Of a DNA stretch of 64,000 nucleotides, positions 1-9,949 are shown piece by piece. The stretch covers positions 12,205 through 76,204 of the forward strand of contig CAQRDK010000005.1 in the NCBI GenBank assembly GCA_948868795.1, read 5' to 3'. The position numbers were made by a program, and so were the translations under genes. The notes beneath the pieces are model-generated. The model saw nothing but the letters and a program-made list of their open reading frames with translations. It searched no databases and was not told the origin of the DNA. This stretch comes from an uncultured Candidatus Saccharibacteria bacterium (GTDB lineage: Bacteria > Patescibacteriota > Saccharimonadia > Saccharimonadales > Saccharimonadaceae). How positions within the stretch are numbered: the stretch's first letter is position 1; every line of letters begins with the position of its first letter.

Positions 1-201
1 GTCTTTTAGAGGCTTGACGATTTGGATGAGGAATTGTTCGAATTTTTGGCCGGAAATGGGGCAGATTTCGAAATAATCGAGGCACTTCGTCAAGACTTTG
101 GCCATTTCGGGCGGGATTGGGGTCTTCGCGACGTTCAGGGTCTGGTCGACGTCGAAGGAGAGGACCCGTTTTTGAAGAGTTAAAGTTGGGGTGTTGTTCA
201 T
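1..201 (-). CDS. HAD-IIB family hydrolase (phosphomannomutase-like), 3' end outside window
   Basis: Manual translation from ATG 201: MNNTPTLTLQKRVLSFDVDQTLNVAKTPI...ICPISG; HAD motif I DxDxTL and motif II ISG. Confidence 0.75.
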   Translation of the reverse strand, partial: MNNTPTLTLQKRVLSFDVDQTLNVAKTPIPPEMAKVLTKCLDYFEICPISGQKFEQFLIQIVKPLKD

Positions 202-334
202 TTTTAGCTCCAATTTAGATAAGTTTATTATAGCATGAAATGGTTTTTCGGAAAAACTGGGGAGACGTGATATAATACAGGTAGAATAACGGCGCCGGAA
301 AAGGCGTCGAGAAATAACTAAACATTAGGAAATT

Positions 335-1564
335 ATGAAATTATCAGAGGAACTTATTTGGCGGGGGTTTTACGCGGAAACAACGATTAAGGATCCGGCG
401 GAGCTGGACACGCGGGCTTCGAAAAAGTTCTATTGGGGGGCGGATCCGTCGGCGGATTCCCTGACGATTGGGAATTTGGCGGCGGCGATGATGTGTGCGT
501 GTTTCGTGCGGCACGGGTATCAGCCGTTTCTGTTGGCGGGCGGGGCGACGGGGCAGATTGGTGACCCGAAGGATAATGGCGAGCGAGATTTGAAGTCGCT
601 CGCGGAAGTTGAGCATAATAAGGCTTGTATTGCGGCACAAATGAAGAATGTCGTCAAGAGCGACGACCTGGTGATGGTTGATAATTACGACTGGTTTAAG
701 GACATGAATTATCTGGCGTTCCTGCGGGAAGTCGGGAAAAGTTTCTCGATGACGCAGCTGCTCGATCGGCAGTTCGTCCAGAATCGGATCGGCGAGGGCG
801 GGAGCGGGATTTCTTACGCGGAGTTCTCGTACACGCTGATTCAGGGGTATGATTTCTTGCATTTGTATCGGGAATATGGCGTGGATTTGCAGCTATGCGG
901 GGCGGATCAGTTCGGGAACTGCTCGAGCGGGATTCATTTGATCAAACGGCTGGAAAATGGGGTGGCTGACGCATGGTCGACGCCGCTGATTATCGACCCT
1001 GTGACGGGGAGAAAGTTCGGGAAGTCGGAGGGGAATGCGATTTGGCTGGCTTCGTCGGATAATGGGTCCGGGAATTATACGACGGTGTTTGATTTCTATC
1101 AGTTCTGGCTGAACCAGCCGGATACGTCGGTGGAATATTTGATGAAGATCTATACGGTGCTTGACCGGCCGGAGGTGGAGCGGATTTTGGCTTCGGCGGT
1201 TGAACATCCGGAACGGCGAGAGGCGCAGAAGGCGTTGGCGAAGGGGGTGACTTCTGTCGTTCATGGGGCCGAGGCGGCCGAGGCGGTGGCGAATTTGACA
1301 GAGAGGTTGTTCGGCGGTTCGCTCGGGGATTTGACCGAGGATGAGATTCGGGAGTTCGGGGAGTATTTAGCCTGTGCTTCTCGAGGGTCTCGGCTGTTTG
1401 ATGCGCTGGTCGAGACGGGGCTTTGTGCTAGCAAGGGGGAGACGCGGAAGCTGGCCGCGGCGGGGGCGATTACCGTGAACGGGGAGAAAGTAGCGGAAGA
1501 TATTGAGATTTCGCAGGTGGCGCTATTGAAGCGAGGTAAGAATAAGTTCGCGGTGGTGAGATAG
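335..1564 (+). CDS. tyrS: Tyrosine--tRNA ligase
   Basis: GADPSADSLTIGN (HIGH-like), GGATG, YTLIQGYDF, KFGKS (KMSKS-like), C-terminal S4 domain. Confidence 0.97.
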   Translation: MKLSEELIWRGFYAETTIKDPAELDTRASKKFYWGADPSADSLTIGNLAAAMMCACFVRHGYQPFLLAGGATGQIGDPKDNGERDLKSLAEVEHNKACIAAQMKNVVKSDDLVMVDNYDWFKDMNYLAFLREVGKSFSMTQLLDRQFVQNRIGEGGSGISYAEFSYTLIQGYDFLHLYREYGVDLQLCGADQFGNCSSGIHLIKRLENGVADAWSTPLIIDPVTGRKFGKSEGNAIWLASSDNGSGNYTTVFDFYQFWLNQPDTSVEYLMKIYTVLDRPEVERILASAVEHPERREAQKALAKGVTSVVHGAEAAEAVANLTERLFGGSLGDLTEDEIREFGEYLACASRGSRLFDALVETGLCASKGETRKLAAAGAITVNGEKVAEDIEISQVALLKRGKNKFAVVR

Positions 1565-1591
1565 GGGGTGCGAAGGTATTTGAAACAGGGG

Positions 1592-1624
1592 AAAGCCCCG
1601 AGGCGCGAGGTCTCGGGGCTTTTT
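1592..1624. terminator. Bidirectional intrinsic terminator
   Basis: AAAGCCCCGAG-loop-CTCGGGGCTTTTT between convergent genes. Confidence 0.8.
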
Positions 1625-1629
1625 GGGAG

Positions 1630-2124
1630 TTACTGAGGGAGAACGGCGAGGAGGCGGCGCAGGGTGAAGGCGTCGGTGGCGGGACCCGTGGTCGGGACGC
1701 GGTCATCGGCGGGAGGAGGCGCGACACGGAGGTCGTCCTTGAGATAGGCGACCATCGCGCTGATGTCGGCCGGGATGATGACCCGGGACAGATACTGGCG
1801 CTTCCTCTCCACCTCGTGCGTGCCGTCGTCGGTCGGCGCGAAAGCGGGCAGCGTGCGCCCGTCCTCGTCGACGAAGCCGCCGATGTCGTTCCAGAGCGGG
1901 GAGTGCGCCAGGCTGTCGTTGGCCGCCAGCAGCGTGTTGCCCAGCTTGTGCAGGGCGTGGTTGCTGAAGCCGGTCAGAGCCTTGCTGCCGCCATGAAACA
2001 GGCGGACGACCTGGTCCAGGTTGGGGTTGCGGTTGGTCGTCGTGGCGGGCTCGCCGAAGACGATGGCGTTTCCCTGGTTATCCAGGGTTTCGGTCTGGAA
2101 GAAGTTGGCTTTGAATTCGGACAT
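1630..2124 (-). CDS. Hypothetical protein (164 aa)
   Basis: GGAGG RBS before ATG, own sigma70 promoter and terminator; no recognisable motif. Confidence 0.65.
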   Translation of the reverse strand: MSEFKANFFQTETLDNQGNAIVFGEPATTTNRNPNLDQVVRLFHGGSKALTGFSNHALHKLGNTLLAANDSLAHSPLWNDIGGFVDEDGRTLPAFAPTDDGTHEVERKRQYLSRVIIPADISAMVAYLKDDLRVAPPPADDRVPTTGPATDAFTLRRLLAVLPQ

Positions 2125-2324
2125 GATAATACCTCCATTTTTGTGCGCTCATGCGCAAGATTGACGCGTTTATTGCGCGTTTTGCCTGTTTTGCCCGTTT
2201 TTGGCTTAGAGTGACTACAGATTGACAAAATAGACAAATAGACGCAATAAACAGCCATCAGAGGGGTAGTTCTCCGATATGTAACTCGTGACGTACTTAA
2301 GGCTTTGATTAACCTTATGGTTTC

Positions 2325-2353
2325 ATTGTAGCACGGATTTGAGTTTTTGTCAA
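2325..2353 (-). promoter_or_regulatory. Sigma70 promoter for 164-aa gene
   Basis: TTGACA-17 nt-(TG)TACAAT on minus strand. Confidence 0.7.
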
Positions 2354-2435
2354 TACCATTTTCTGGGGTTTTGGTGGGTTTGTTACAATTTTGTGTTGTT
2401 TGGTGGATTTGGCGGGGTGTGGTATAATTAGGGGT

Positions 2436-5171
2436 ATGAATAAATTTGGGAAGAAATCAAGCAGCGACTCTGGAAAACGGAGTAGCATGGGGGTTTATTC
2501 TAGTTTAGTTTCTCAGAAAAAGAAGATTACGGATAAGGTTAAAGCGGCTGGGACGAAGAGCGGAAAGGGTTCTAGTTCTAGCTCGAAGAAAGTCCTGGCG
2601 CCATTACCGAAGGAGCAGCCGGCGAGGTTTTTTGCGCATTTTCGGTGGGAGCGGATTAAGGCATATTGGTTCTCGAAAGAGGGGGCGAAGCGGATTGGGA
2701 AGATTTTTGCGGCATGTGTGCTCTTGGGGATTATCGCGGTGGGGGCGCTGTTCGTATATTACAAGAGTCAGCTGAAAGAGATCGAGCTGAATGATTTGAC
2801 GATTTCGGAGACCGTGAATACTTATCTTGACCGGAACGGGGTGGTGCTCTGGGAGGATAAGGGGGATGCGGATTATCGCCTAGTCGTCGATGGAGACCAG
2901 ATTTCGACATATGTGCGGCAAGCGACGGTGGCGCTCGAGGACCGGAACTTCTATACTCACCCGGGGATTGATATCGGGGGTTTGATGCGGGCGGTCTTGT
3001 CGACTTTGTCGGGGAAAGGCGTGCAAGGCGGTTCGACGCTGACACAACAGTTGATTAAGCAAGTTTATTTCTCGGACGAAGCGGCGTCGGCGAACCGCGG
3101 TGGGATTTCGCGCAAGATTAAGGAGTTGATTCTCTCGATTGAGCTCGAGAAGATGTATAGCAAAGAGCAGATTATCACGATGTATCTGAACGAGTCGCCT
3201 TACGGCGGACGTCGGAACGGGATTGAGAGTGCGGCGCAGACGTACTTCGGGAAGAGCGCGAAGGATTTGACATTGGCGGAGTCGGCGCTTCTTGCCGGGA
3301 TTCCGAATAACCCGGCGGTCTTGAACCCGTATAACGAATACGGTCATGAGGCGCTGATTGCGCGGCAACACAAGGCCTTGGACGTGATGGTCGAGATGGG
3401 TTATATTACGAAAGAAGAGGCGGACGAGGCGAAAGCGGTACCGATTTTGGACCAGATTTTGCCGGAGAGTTCGCAGTACTCGGACATGAAGGCGCCACAC
3501 TTCGTGATGGAAGTGAAGAAGATGCTGGAAGAGAAATACGGCATTCAGACGATGCGGAGCGGCGGATATACGATTAAGACGACGTTGGATTACCGAGCGC
3601 AGGAGATGGCTCAGCAGGCGGTCGCGAACGGCGATGCGATACGCTACACGAACGGAAGCGATAATATCGCGATGGTTTCGGTGGATGTGGAGACAAGCCA
3701 GGTGGTTGCGATGGTGGGGTCGATCGATTGGAATACGCCGGTGTATGGCGAGGTGAACGCGGCGACTTCCGTGCTGGAACCGGGATCGACGATTAAGCCG
3801 TTGCTTGATTACGCGCCGCTATTCTCGATGAAGGGGGATACGGTTTATAGTCCAGGGTCGACGCTGCTGGATGAGAATATTGACTCATTCTACTGTGCGG
3901 GGACTGTGGGCGCATGCTCGATGACGAACGCGACGATGAAGTTCCATGGGAAATTGACGCTACGTGATTCCCTGGCGAACTCGCTTAACATTGGCGCAGT
4001 GAAGGCGTTGGCGATTGTCGGGATTGAGAACGGGCTGGAGATTCTACATAATCTGGGTGATGTTTCCTACTGTGAGAACTCGGCGGCTGGGCTTTCGATG
4101 GCGATCGGTAGCGGCTGCGGAGTGAAAGCGGTGGAGCATGCGAACGCCTATGCGTCGATTGCGCGCGGCGGGGCGTATAAGGATTTGGCGTATGTGCTCG
4201 AAGTGCGCGACCCGTCGGGCAAGGTGTTGGAGACTTGGCAGGATACGGCGGCAGTGCAGGTGATTGATGAGCAGGTGGCGTATGAGATTTCTAGCGTGCT
4301 TAGCGATGCGAATGCGCGGTCGAAGATTACCTTCGGTGGACAGGCGTTCTCGTTTGGGTTCGTGGTGCCAGGGGTCTGGACGGCGAGCAAGACTGGTACG
4401 ACTACGACGACAAACAGCGCGGTGGCGAAGGACTGTTGGATGATTAGTTATTCGACGGCGCTTGCGACGGTGGTTTGGAATGGTAATCATGACGGCAAAG
4501 GATTGGCGAATGGTATGAACACGGTCGTGCGGCGAGTAGTGAACGATTTCATGGAGCCGGCACATAAGGAGTTGTACGCAAGCGAAGGCCGATGGAAGTC
4601 GGGCGATCAGCCGGTTCGGCCAGCGGGGATTCAGGATTTGACGGTGGCTGGAGTCAAGGATATTTGGCCGAGCTGGTACAACTCTGAGAAATCTGGCATC
4701 AAGACGGAAAAAGTGAAGTTTAATTCTTCGAATAAGCTACAAGCGACAGATTGTACGCCAGCGAGTTTGACGGTAGAAATTGAAGTCTCGACGCAAACTG
4801 ACCCGATTACTGGAAATAAGATTGTAACGGTGCCTGATGATTATAAGTATGGCGAGATGGATACGTGTACCTCGACCCCGAATGGCGGTGGCGTGGTGTC
4901 GGCGAGCTTGGCAGGATCGAGGGTGTATATTACTTTCAGCCCAGGTTCTAGCATTGACCTTGAAGCATATCAGGTAGTCGCAGACGGAGTGCCAAATACT
5001 CGACATACACTCTCGGCTGGCGACATCAGAGACGGCGTATACTATTATCTCAACGGAACTGAACAGACCGTGGTGGTGCGAGCTTATGATGCGGATGGGA
5101 ACATTTACGAATATGATGTTCCGTTAAGCTCATCGACGGGTGGGTCGTCAAGTAATGATAATTCCCGCTAG
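2436..5171 (+). CDS. Class A penicillin-binding protein (transglycosylase/transpeptidase)
   Basis: TM anchor; GT51 motifs EDRNFYTH, GGSTLTQQL, RKIKE; SxxK (STIK), SLN, KTG; start set at ATG 2436 after TG-TATAAT. Confidence 0.93.
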   Translation: MNKFGKKSSSDSGKRSSMGVYSSLVSQKKKITDKVKAAGTKSGKGSSSSSKKVLAPLPKEQPARFFAHFRWERIKAYWFSKEGAKRIGKIFAACVLLGIIAVGALFVYYKSQLKEIELNDLTISETVNTYLDRNGVVLWEDKGDADYRLVVDGDQISTYVRQATVALEDRNFYTHPGIDIGGLMRAVLSTLSGKGVQGGSTLTQQLIKQVYFSDEAASANRGGISRKIKELILSIELEKMYSKEQIITMYLNESPYGGRRNGIESAAQTYFGKSAKDLTLAESALLAGIPNNPAVLNPYNEYGHEALIARQHKALDVMVEMGYITKEEADEAKAVPILDQILPESSQYSDMKAPHFVMEVKKMLEEKYGIQTMRSGGYTIKTTLDYRAQEMAQQAVANGDAIRYTNGSDNIAMVSVDVETSQVVAMVGSIDWNTPVYGEVNAATSVLEPGSTIKPLLDYAPLFSMKGDTVYSPGSTLLDENIDSFYCAGTVGACSMTNATMKFHGKLTLRDSLANSLNIGAVKALAIVGIENGLEILHNLGDVSYCENSAAGLSMAIGSGCGVKAVEHANAYASIARGGAYKDLAYVLEVRDPSGKVLETWQDTAAVQVIDEQVAYEISSVLSDANARSKITFGGQAFSFGFVVPGVWTASKTGTTTTTNSAVAKDCWMISYSTALATVVWNGNHDGKGLANGMNTVVRRVVNDFMEPAHKELYASEGRWKSGDQPVRPAGIQDLTVAGVKDIWPSWYNSEKSGIKTEKVKFNSSNKLQATDCTPASLTVEIEVSTQTDPITGNKIVTVPDDYKYGEMDTCTSTPNGGGVVSASLAGSRVYITFSPGSSIDLEAYQVVADGVPNTRHTLSAGDIRDGVYYYLNGTEQTVVVRAYDADGNIYEYDVPLSSSTGGSSSNDNSR

Positions 5172-5199
5172 GGGATAGTCGAGCCTGATACTATATTTA

Positions 5200-5228
5200 A
5201 AAAGTCCCGCTGTTATGGCGGGGCTTTT
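5200..5228. terminator. Bidirectional terminator
   Basis: AAAAGTCCCGC...GCGGGGCTTTT. Confidence 0.7.
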
Positions 5229-5285
5229 GGTGTGATCAGTATGATAACGGAGCTGGGACTTATGAGGAGGGTGTAACTTGTTGAG

Positions 5286-6197
5286 TTAGCGGCGTTTTTG
5301 GGATTTTGAAGTTTTGCTGCTGTGGCGAGATTTATCGCTGCGACGGCGGGATGGGAATTTTGAGAAAGCGCGAGAAATGGTTTTTTCGGAACGCGAGGTC
5401 TGGGCGGAGGACTTGGTGTTGGCGAGTTTTGAGGGGCTAGAGGTTTTTGTAGAAGATTTAGAAGAATCTGAGGACGACTGACTCGAAGAATCTTTTGAAG
5501 AAGTTTTTGGTGCAGGAAGTTTGGCAAAAAGCATGGTGCCGGAGGCGGTTTGGTTCAGGCGGATGAACTCAACTTCGACTTCTTGACCGAGCTTGTCGCT
5601 GGCGTGATCGACGACAACCATGGTGCCATCGCGCAGATAGGCGACGCCTTGATGAGGATTACTGCCAGCAGCAACAATTTTGACTTTAGCGCGTTCGCCG
5701 GGGAGATATTGATTGCGGAGGGTCAAAGCGAGGGCATTAAGGTTGAGAGTGTCGATATGCTCGGTAGCAGCGACCTTAGAAAGATTGTAATCATTGGTCA
5801 GGATGAGACCGTGATTAGCCTTCGCGAGTTCCATAAGACGATTATCTACCGGGGTGCGGTCAAGCTCGTCGCCCAGAATCGTCGTGTTGAAAAAGACAAC
5901 GCGCTCAAGCTCACGAACGGTATCGAGACCGGCACGAGCGCGAAGACGCTTTTCGGAATCTTTGCCATCGGCAAGGAGCTGAAGCTCGTTTGTGACGCTG
6001 CGCGGAATCACGATATCGTCACCGATAAAACCGGTTTTGGCAACCTCAATCAAACGCGGGTCCATAAGCGCGGAGGTGTCGACATAGACTTTACGCTTTT
6101 GGTTAGTGGTGATGAGAGGGCGTTTGCTACTTTTGAGCGTCAAGACCGAGGTTTCCCCTAAAATAATAAGCACAATAATTAATATAACTAAATCCAT
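5286..6197 (-). CDS. PIN/TRAM domain membrane protein (YacL-like)
   Basis: N-terminal TM, VDTSALMD PIN motif, TNDYNL, QGVAYLRDGTMVVV TRAM; Ser/Lys-rich tail. Confidence 0.9.
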   Translation of the reverse strand: MDLVILIIVLIILGETSVLTLKSSKRPLITTNQKRKVYVDTSALMDPRLIEVAKTGFIGDDIVIPRSVTNELQLLADGKDSEKRLRARAGLDTVRELERVVFFNTTILGDELDRTPVDNRLMELAKANHGLILTNDYNLSKVAATEHIDTLNLNALALTLRNQYLPGERAKVKIVAAGSNPHQGVAYLRDGTMVVVDHASDKLGQEVEVEFIRLNQTASGTMLFAKLPAPKTSSKDSSSQSSSDSSKSSTKTSSPSKLANTKSSAQTSRSEKTISRAFSKFPSRRRSDKSRHSSKTSKSQKRR

Positions 6198-6269
6198 TAC
6201 TATATTATAACATACAAAGCGACAGTTTGTGCTTGACCTTGACTTTTGTTAGTATATATTTCTCAATTG

Positions 6270-7439
6270 TTAGACGATTTGGTCGATGCCGTGCTCGCGA
6301 GCATAGGCGGTATTATCGTTGAGGATTTTTTGATATTTTTTGATGAGGTCGTCACGTTTTTCGAGACGGGCAACATCAAGAGCGAGATGGTAGCGGGAGG
6401 CTTGATTCATGCTGAGCATCTCGAACGGAGTAGTCGTGCTGCCCTGTTCGTTGAAACCGTGAACCTTGAGGCGCTTCGGCTCGGCATAATGGGTGAGAAT
6501 CTGGCGGAGATTTTCTGGATAACCATGAAAGTTAGCAATGATGGGACGGGTTTTCGTGAAAAGTTCGTCGAATTCATCTTGGGCAAGTTGGCGGTCAACA
6601 GTGCCGATAGCGTTGTAGGATAGAGCGGAAATGTTAATAAAGCGGAAACGCTTTTCTGGGAAATCTTTACGAAGAATGTCAAGTGCATAGAGAGCTTCGC
6701 AAGAAACAATATCACCACAACCGACAAGAATATAATCAGGGTTTTCGTCCGAGGCAAAGTCAAAAATGCTCGCCCCGCCATTCACGAACTGGGCATCAGC
6801 CTGGTGCGAGTCAATCCAGCGTGGTTGTTCAACTTTGTTAAATGTTGTAAGATTTACAACATTTTCGGAATTCATCATGTAGATAAAGGCAGCTTCAGCG
6901 GCGACATCGTCGACCGGGAAAAGACAGTTCGCGTACGGGCTAGGATTATTGAGGAGGAGCGAGATGAGAGCGGGAGATTGGTGAGTGAAACCGTTGTGGT
7001 CTTGGCGCCAGCAGGTGCTGGTCGAAAGGAGGTTGGCGGCGGGAATGGGGTTACGCCATTCGACTACGGAAGATTGCTGTAGGAACTTGATGTGTTGCAT
7101 AACCTGAGAAGCAATAATCGTAAAGAAAGATTCATAACTCGTCATGGCCGCAGGCTCACCGTTCATGAGATGACCAACCATACAGGCAAAGAGAGCGTTC
7201 TCCGAGAGCATCTCCACGATGCGACCGTTCGGCGCTTCGGGCAAATCCCAGTCTGACTTCGGCAAATCCCAGAGTCGCGACGTGACTTCATAAGTAGCGT
7301 CGAGCTTATTACTTGTAGTCTCGTCGGGAGAGAAAAGATAAAAGTCTTTATGACGAATCATATAGCTCGCCATCATGGCACCGATACGGCGGGCGGGCGA
7401 GAAGCTGTCTTTGCCGGGGTGTTCGACGGCGTCAATCAT
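6270..7439 (-). CDS. Phosphoketolase, C-terminal subunit
   Basis: FSPDETTSNKL, EMLSEN, WRQDHNGFTHQSP, FHGYP, GSTTTPFEML, SRYHLA. Confidence 0.9.
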   Translation of the reverse strand: MIDAVEHPGKDSFSPARRIGAMMASYMIRHKDFYLFSPDETTSNKLDATYEVTSRLWDLPKSDWDLPEAPNGRIVEMLSENALFACMVGHLMNGEPAAMTSYESFFTIIASQVMQHIKFLQQSSVVEWRNPIPAANLLSTSTCWRQDHNGFTHQSPALISLLLNNPSPYANCLFPVDDVAAEAAFIYMMNSENVVNLTTFNKVEQPRWIDSHQADAQFVNGGASIFDFASDENPDYILVGCGDIVSCEALYALDILRKDFPEKRFRFINISALSYNAIGTVDRQLAQDEFDELFTKTRPIIANFHGYPENLRQILTHYAEPKRLKVHGFNEQGSTTTPFEMLSMNQASRYHLALDVARLEKRDDLIKKYQKILNDNTAYAREHGIDQIV

Positions 7440-8425
7440 AAAGTAAATCCTTTCTCTGGGTTAAAAACTTCAGAAAACTCATAGCTTTTGAGCCAACGGC
7501 TGAGCGCCTTAAGTTCTTCGGGGTCGGTTTTTGCATTCGGAAGGGGAATTTGGTGCGCGAGATAGTTGCCGGCGACCTTTTTGCCGTTAAGTTCTTTCGG
7601 ACCAGTCGCACCTTTTTCTGTTTTCAAAATCAGGAAGGGATGCTCGACTTTGGCGGCTTCTTTGAGAGCTTTCTGGAAGGCTTCCGGCGAATCACCCTCA
7701 ATCCAGAACGGAGTATAGCCAAAACCACGAACGAACTCTTTCATTTCACGCTCAGACTTGCGACCGTAGAGGGTCGGAGCGGAGATTTTGTAGCCGTTGA
7801 GATGAAGAATCGGGATAACTCTGCCGTTATGAGCGTGGCTGCCGGCAAGTTTTACGAGATTGAGCGAAGCGAGGGCGGAGGCGGTTTCTAGTTCCCCATC
7901 GCCAAGCATGACGGCGACGGTCTTTTCGGGATGGCCGAGACAGAGACCATAGGCGGCACCGAGAGCGTAGCCTAGTTCCCCGCCCTCACAGATAACACCT
8001 GGAGTGAAAGGGCTGGCGTGCGATGGAAAACCGCCGGGCCAGGAGAAGTTTTTACAGACATAGGCAATACCGGATTCATCGCGAGTAGCTTTTGGATCGA
8101 CTTTTTCAAGGTCGCCATCGATGAATAAATTGGCTTGGAGGGCGGGAAAACCGTGACCGGGGCCGAGGATAAAGGAAAAGTCAGTATATTCGTGGCGCTC
8201 GCGCTGATTTTTCGGTGAGAAATAAGATTTTAGATTCGCATACGCAACATCAATACCGTGACAAGTTCCCCAATGTCCTAATAGACGCGGTTTAATATCG
8301 TCAGCTCGTAGCGGGCGGTCGAGCAGGAAGTTATCCTGCAAGAAAAGTTGCGCAACAACGAGATAATCGCAGGCGCGGACGCGGCGCTGAATATCTTGAT
8401 ATTTTTCACCTCCAGAAACGTTCAT
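7436..8425 (-). CDS. Phosphoketolase, N-terminal ThDP-binding subunit
   Basis: KPRLLGHWGT, GPGHG, FSWPGGFPSH, EGGELGY, GDGE, LHLNGYKI; ATGA overlap with next gene. Confidence 0.9.
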   Translation of the reverse strand: MNVSGGEKYQDIQRRVRACDYLVVAQLFLQDNFLLDRPLRADDIKPRLLGHWGTCHGIDVAYANLKSYFSPKNQRERHEYTDFSFILGPGHGFPALQANLFIDGDLEKVDPKATRDESGIAYVCKNFSWPGGFPSHASPFTPGVICEGGELGYALGAAYGLCLGHPEKTVAVMLGDGELETASALASLNLVKLAGSHAHNGRVIPILHLNGYKISAPTLYGRKSEREMKEFVRGFGYTPFWIEGDSPEAFQKALKEAAKVEHPFLILKTEKGATGPKELNGKKVAGNYLAHQIPLPNAKTDPEELKALSRWLKSYEFSEVFNPEKGFTL

Positions 8426-8523
8426 GTTTTGATTATATCACAAGACCCAGGAATTGAGGAGAGGTTTCAAGAAGGTTATGGGGGTCTGACAAGATTGGCG
8501 CAGTTTTGCGGTTTTGATGAAAA

Positions 8524-9066
8524 CTATTTAGCGGATGCTTTGTCGGCGTGGCCAACGCGAACCATGGCGGCACGAATGACGGCTCCGTCGTAAATATAGC
8601 CGGGGCGAAGAGTTTCAGTAATTATTTCGACATTGCCTTCGTCATCATCGATTGAGACGGCATCATGAAAATCTGGATTAAATTCAACACCAGGGGCGGA
8701 GTTAATGATTTGAAGACCAAGCGATTCTAGAGTTTTATGGAAACTTTTTTCGAGAGGCTGAAGCTGTTCGGGATAGGCGCCGATGGCGCGGCTGATGTCG
8801 TCAATGAGCGGGAGGAATTTCATGACGGTCGCATTTTTAGCGACGTTCATAGCCTGAGACTTTTGCAAGTCGACTTGTTTGCGGAAGTTCTCGAAATCGG
8901 CACGAGTGCGCTGGAGGTCATTGGTGAGTTCGACGATTTTCGTGGCGGCCATAGCTAGGTTCGGGTCGATTTGTGATGCTTGGTCTTGAGTAGGGTTTGG
9001 CTGAGCTTCGGGCTGAGGCTGACTTTGCGGTTGCGGCTGGGTTTGTGGCTGGGTGGATTTTTTCAT
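8524..9066 (-). CDS. grpE: Nucleotide exchange factor GrpE
   Basis: RTRADFENFRK, FNPDFHDAV, GY..IRAAMVRV; follows hrcA. Confidence 0.95.
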   Translation of the reverse strand: MKKSTQPQTQPQPQSQPQPEAQPNPTQDQASQIDPNLAMAATKIVELTNDLQRTRADFENFRKQVDLQKSQAMNVAKNATVMKFLPLIDDISRAIGAYPEQLQPLEKSFHKTLESLGLQIINSAPGVEFNPDFHDAVSIDDDEGNVEIITETLRPGYIYDGAVIRAAMVRVGHADKASAK

Positions 9067-9075
9067 GATTACTCC

Positions 9076-9846
9076 TTATTTTTTACCGTCATTTTGACTG
9101 TCTATAGCGAGGGTTTCTTCGAGGATATTACCGGCATAACGGACGAGAGACATAACACGGCTGTAGTTCTGGCGAGTCGGGCCGAGAATTCCGATATAGC
9201 TTTTGTCGGAAAACGGCGAGCGAAAACGGCTGATAATGAGGGAGGCCTGAGAAGTCTTGCCGATGGGATTTTCTTGTCCGATGAAAATATTGAGCGGCTG
9301 GCCGGGAGCAGCTTCACGAAGCCAGGGTTCGAGATTGTCGAGTAATTCAGCGACCGCCTGGACGCGGCGATTGTCGAGGAATTCAGGCTGAGTAAAAAGG
9401 CGAGCGATGCCAGAAATATAGAGCTGGTCACCGATAGTAGCAAGACCGAGATTACCGGTCAACTCGACGAGCGAATCGACGGCGCCGCGAATGGCGGAAT
9501 CGGCACGAGTCTGGGAGTTGATACGAATCTGAAGGACACGCGTGCTACGCTCTGGAGTCTTGTTTTCGCGGTCGGGATTTGAAATAAATGGCGAAGACTG
9601 CTCTGGGTGTTCGGAAAGAGCGTTAACGTAGTAACGGTAGCCAGCGTCGGTCGGAACGCGACCGGCGGAAGTATGCGGCTGAGCGATGTAGCCGAAATCT
9701 TCAAGGCGGGACATCTCAGCGCGAATTGTGGCAGAAGAGACATTAAAAAGTTTTGCCAACGTGACACTACCGACAGGGGCGGCGAGTTCAGCATATTCTT
9801 CGATGATAGCAAAGAGAATTCCCTCTTGGCGTTTCGTTAAGTTCAT
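9076..9846 (-). CDS. hrcA: Heat-inducible transcription repressor HrcA
   Basis: PVGS, SSATIR, QPHTSAGRVPT, GPTRQNY; start at ATG 9846. Confidence 0.95.
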   Translation of the reverse strand: MNLTKRQEGILFAIIEEYAELAAPVGSVTLAKLFNVSSATIRAEMSRLEDFGYIAQPHTSAGRVPTDAGYRYYVNALSEHPEQSSPFISNPDRENKTPERSTRVLQIRINSQTRADSAIRGAVDSLVELTGNLGLATIGDQLYISGIARLFTQPEFLDNRRVQAVAELLDNLEPWLREAAPGQPLNIFIGQENPIGKTSQASLIISRFRSPFSDKSYIGILGPTRQNYSRVMSLVRYAGNILEETLAIDSQNDGKK

Positions 9847-9863
9847 GCTTCTATTATAACAAA

Positions 9864-9890
9864 TTAGCACCTGGAAGTAAAGACTGCTAA
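9864..9890. promoter_or_regulatory. CIRCE element (HrcA operator)
   Basis: TTAGCACCT-N9-GACTGCTAA versus consensus TTAGCACTC-N9-GAGTGCTAA, in the hrcA promoter. Confidence 0.88.
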
Positions 9891-9949
9891 AAAGTCAGTT
9901 TTTGTGTGGTGGGATTTGTGCGATTGCGGCTATATGCTATAATATGAGA

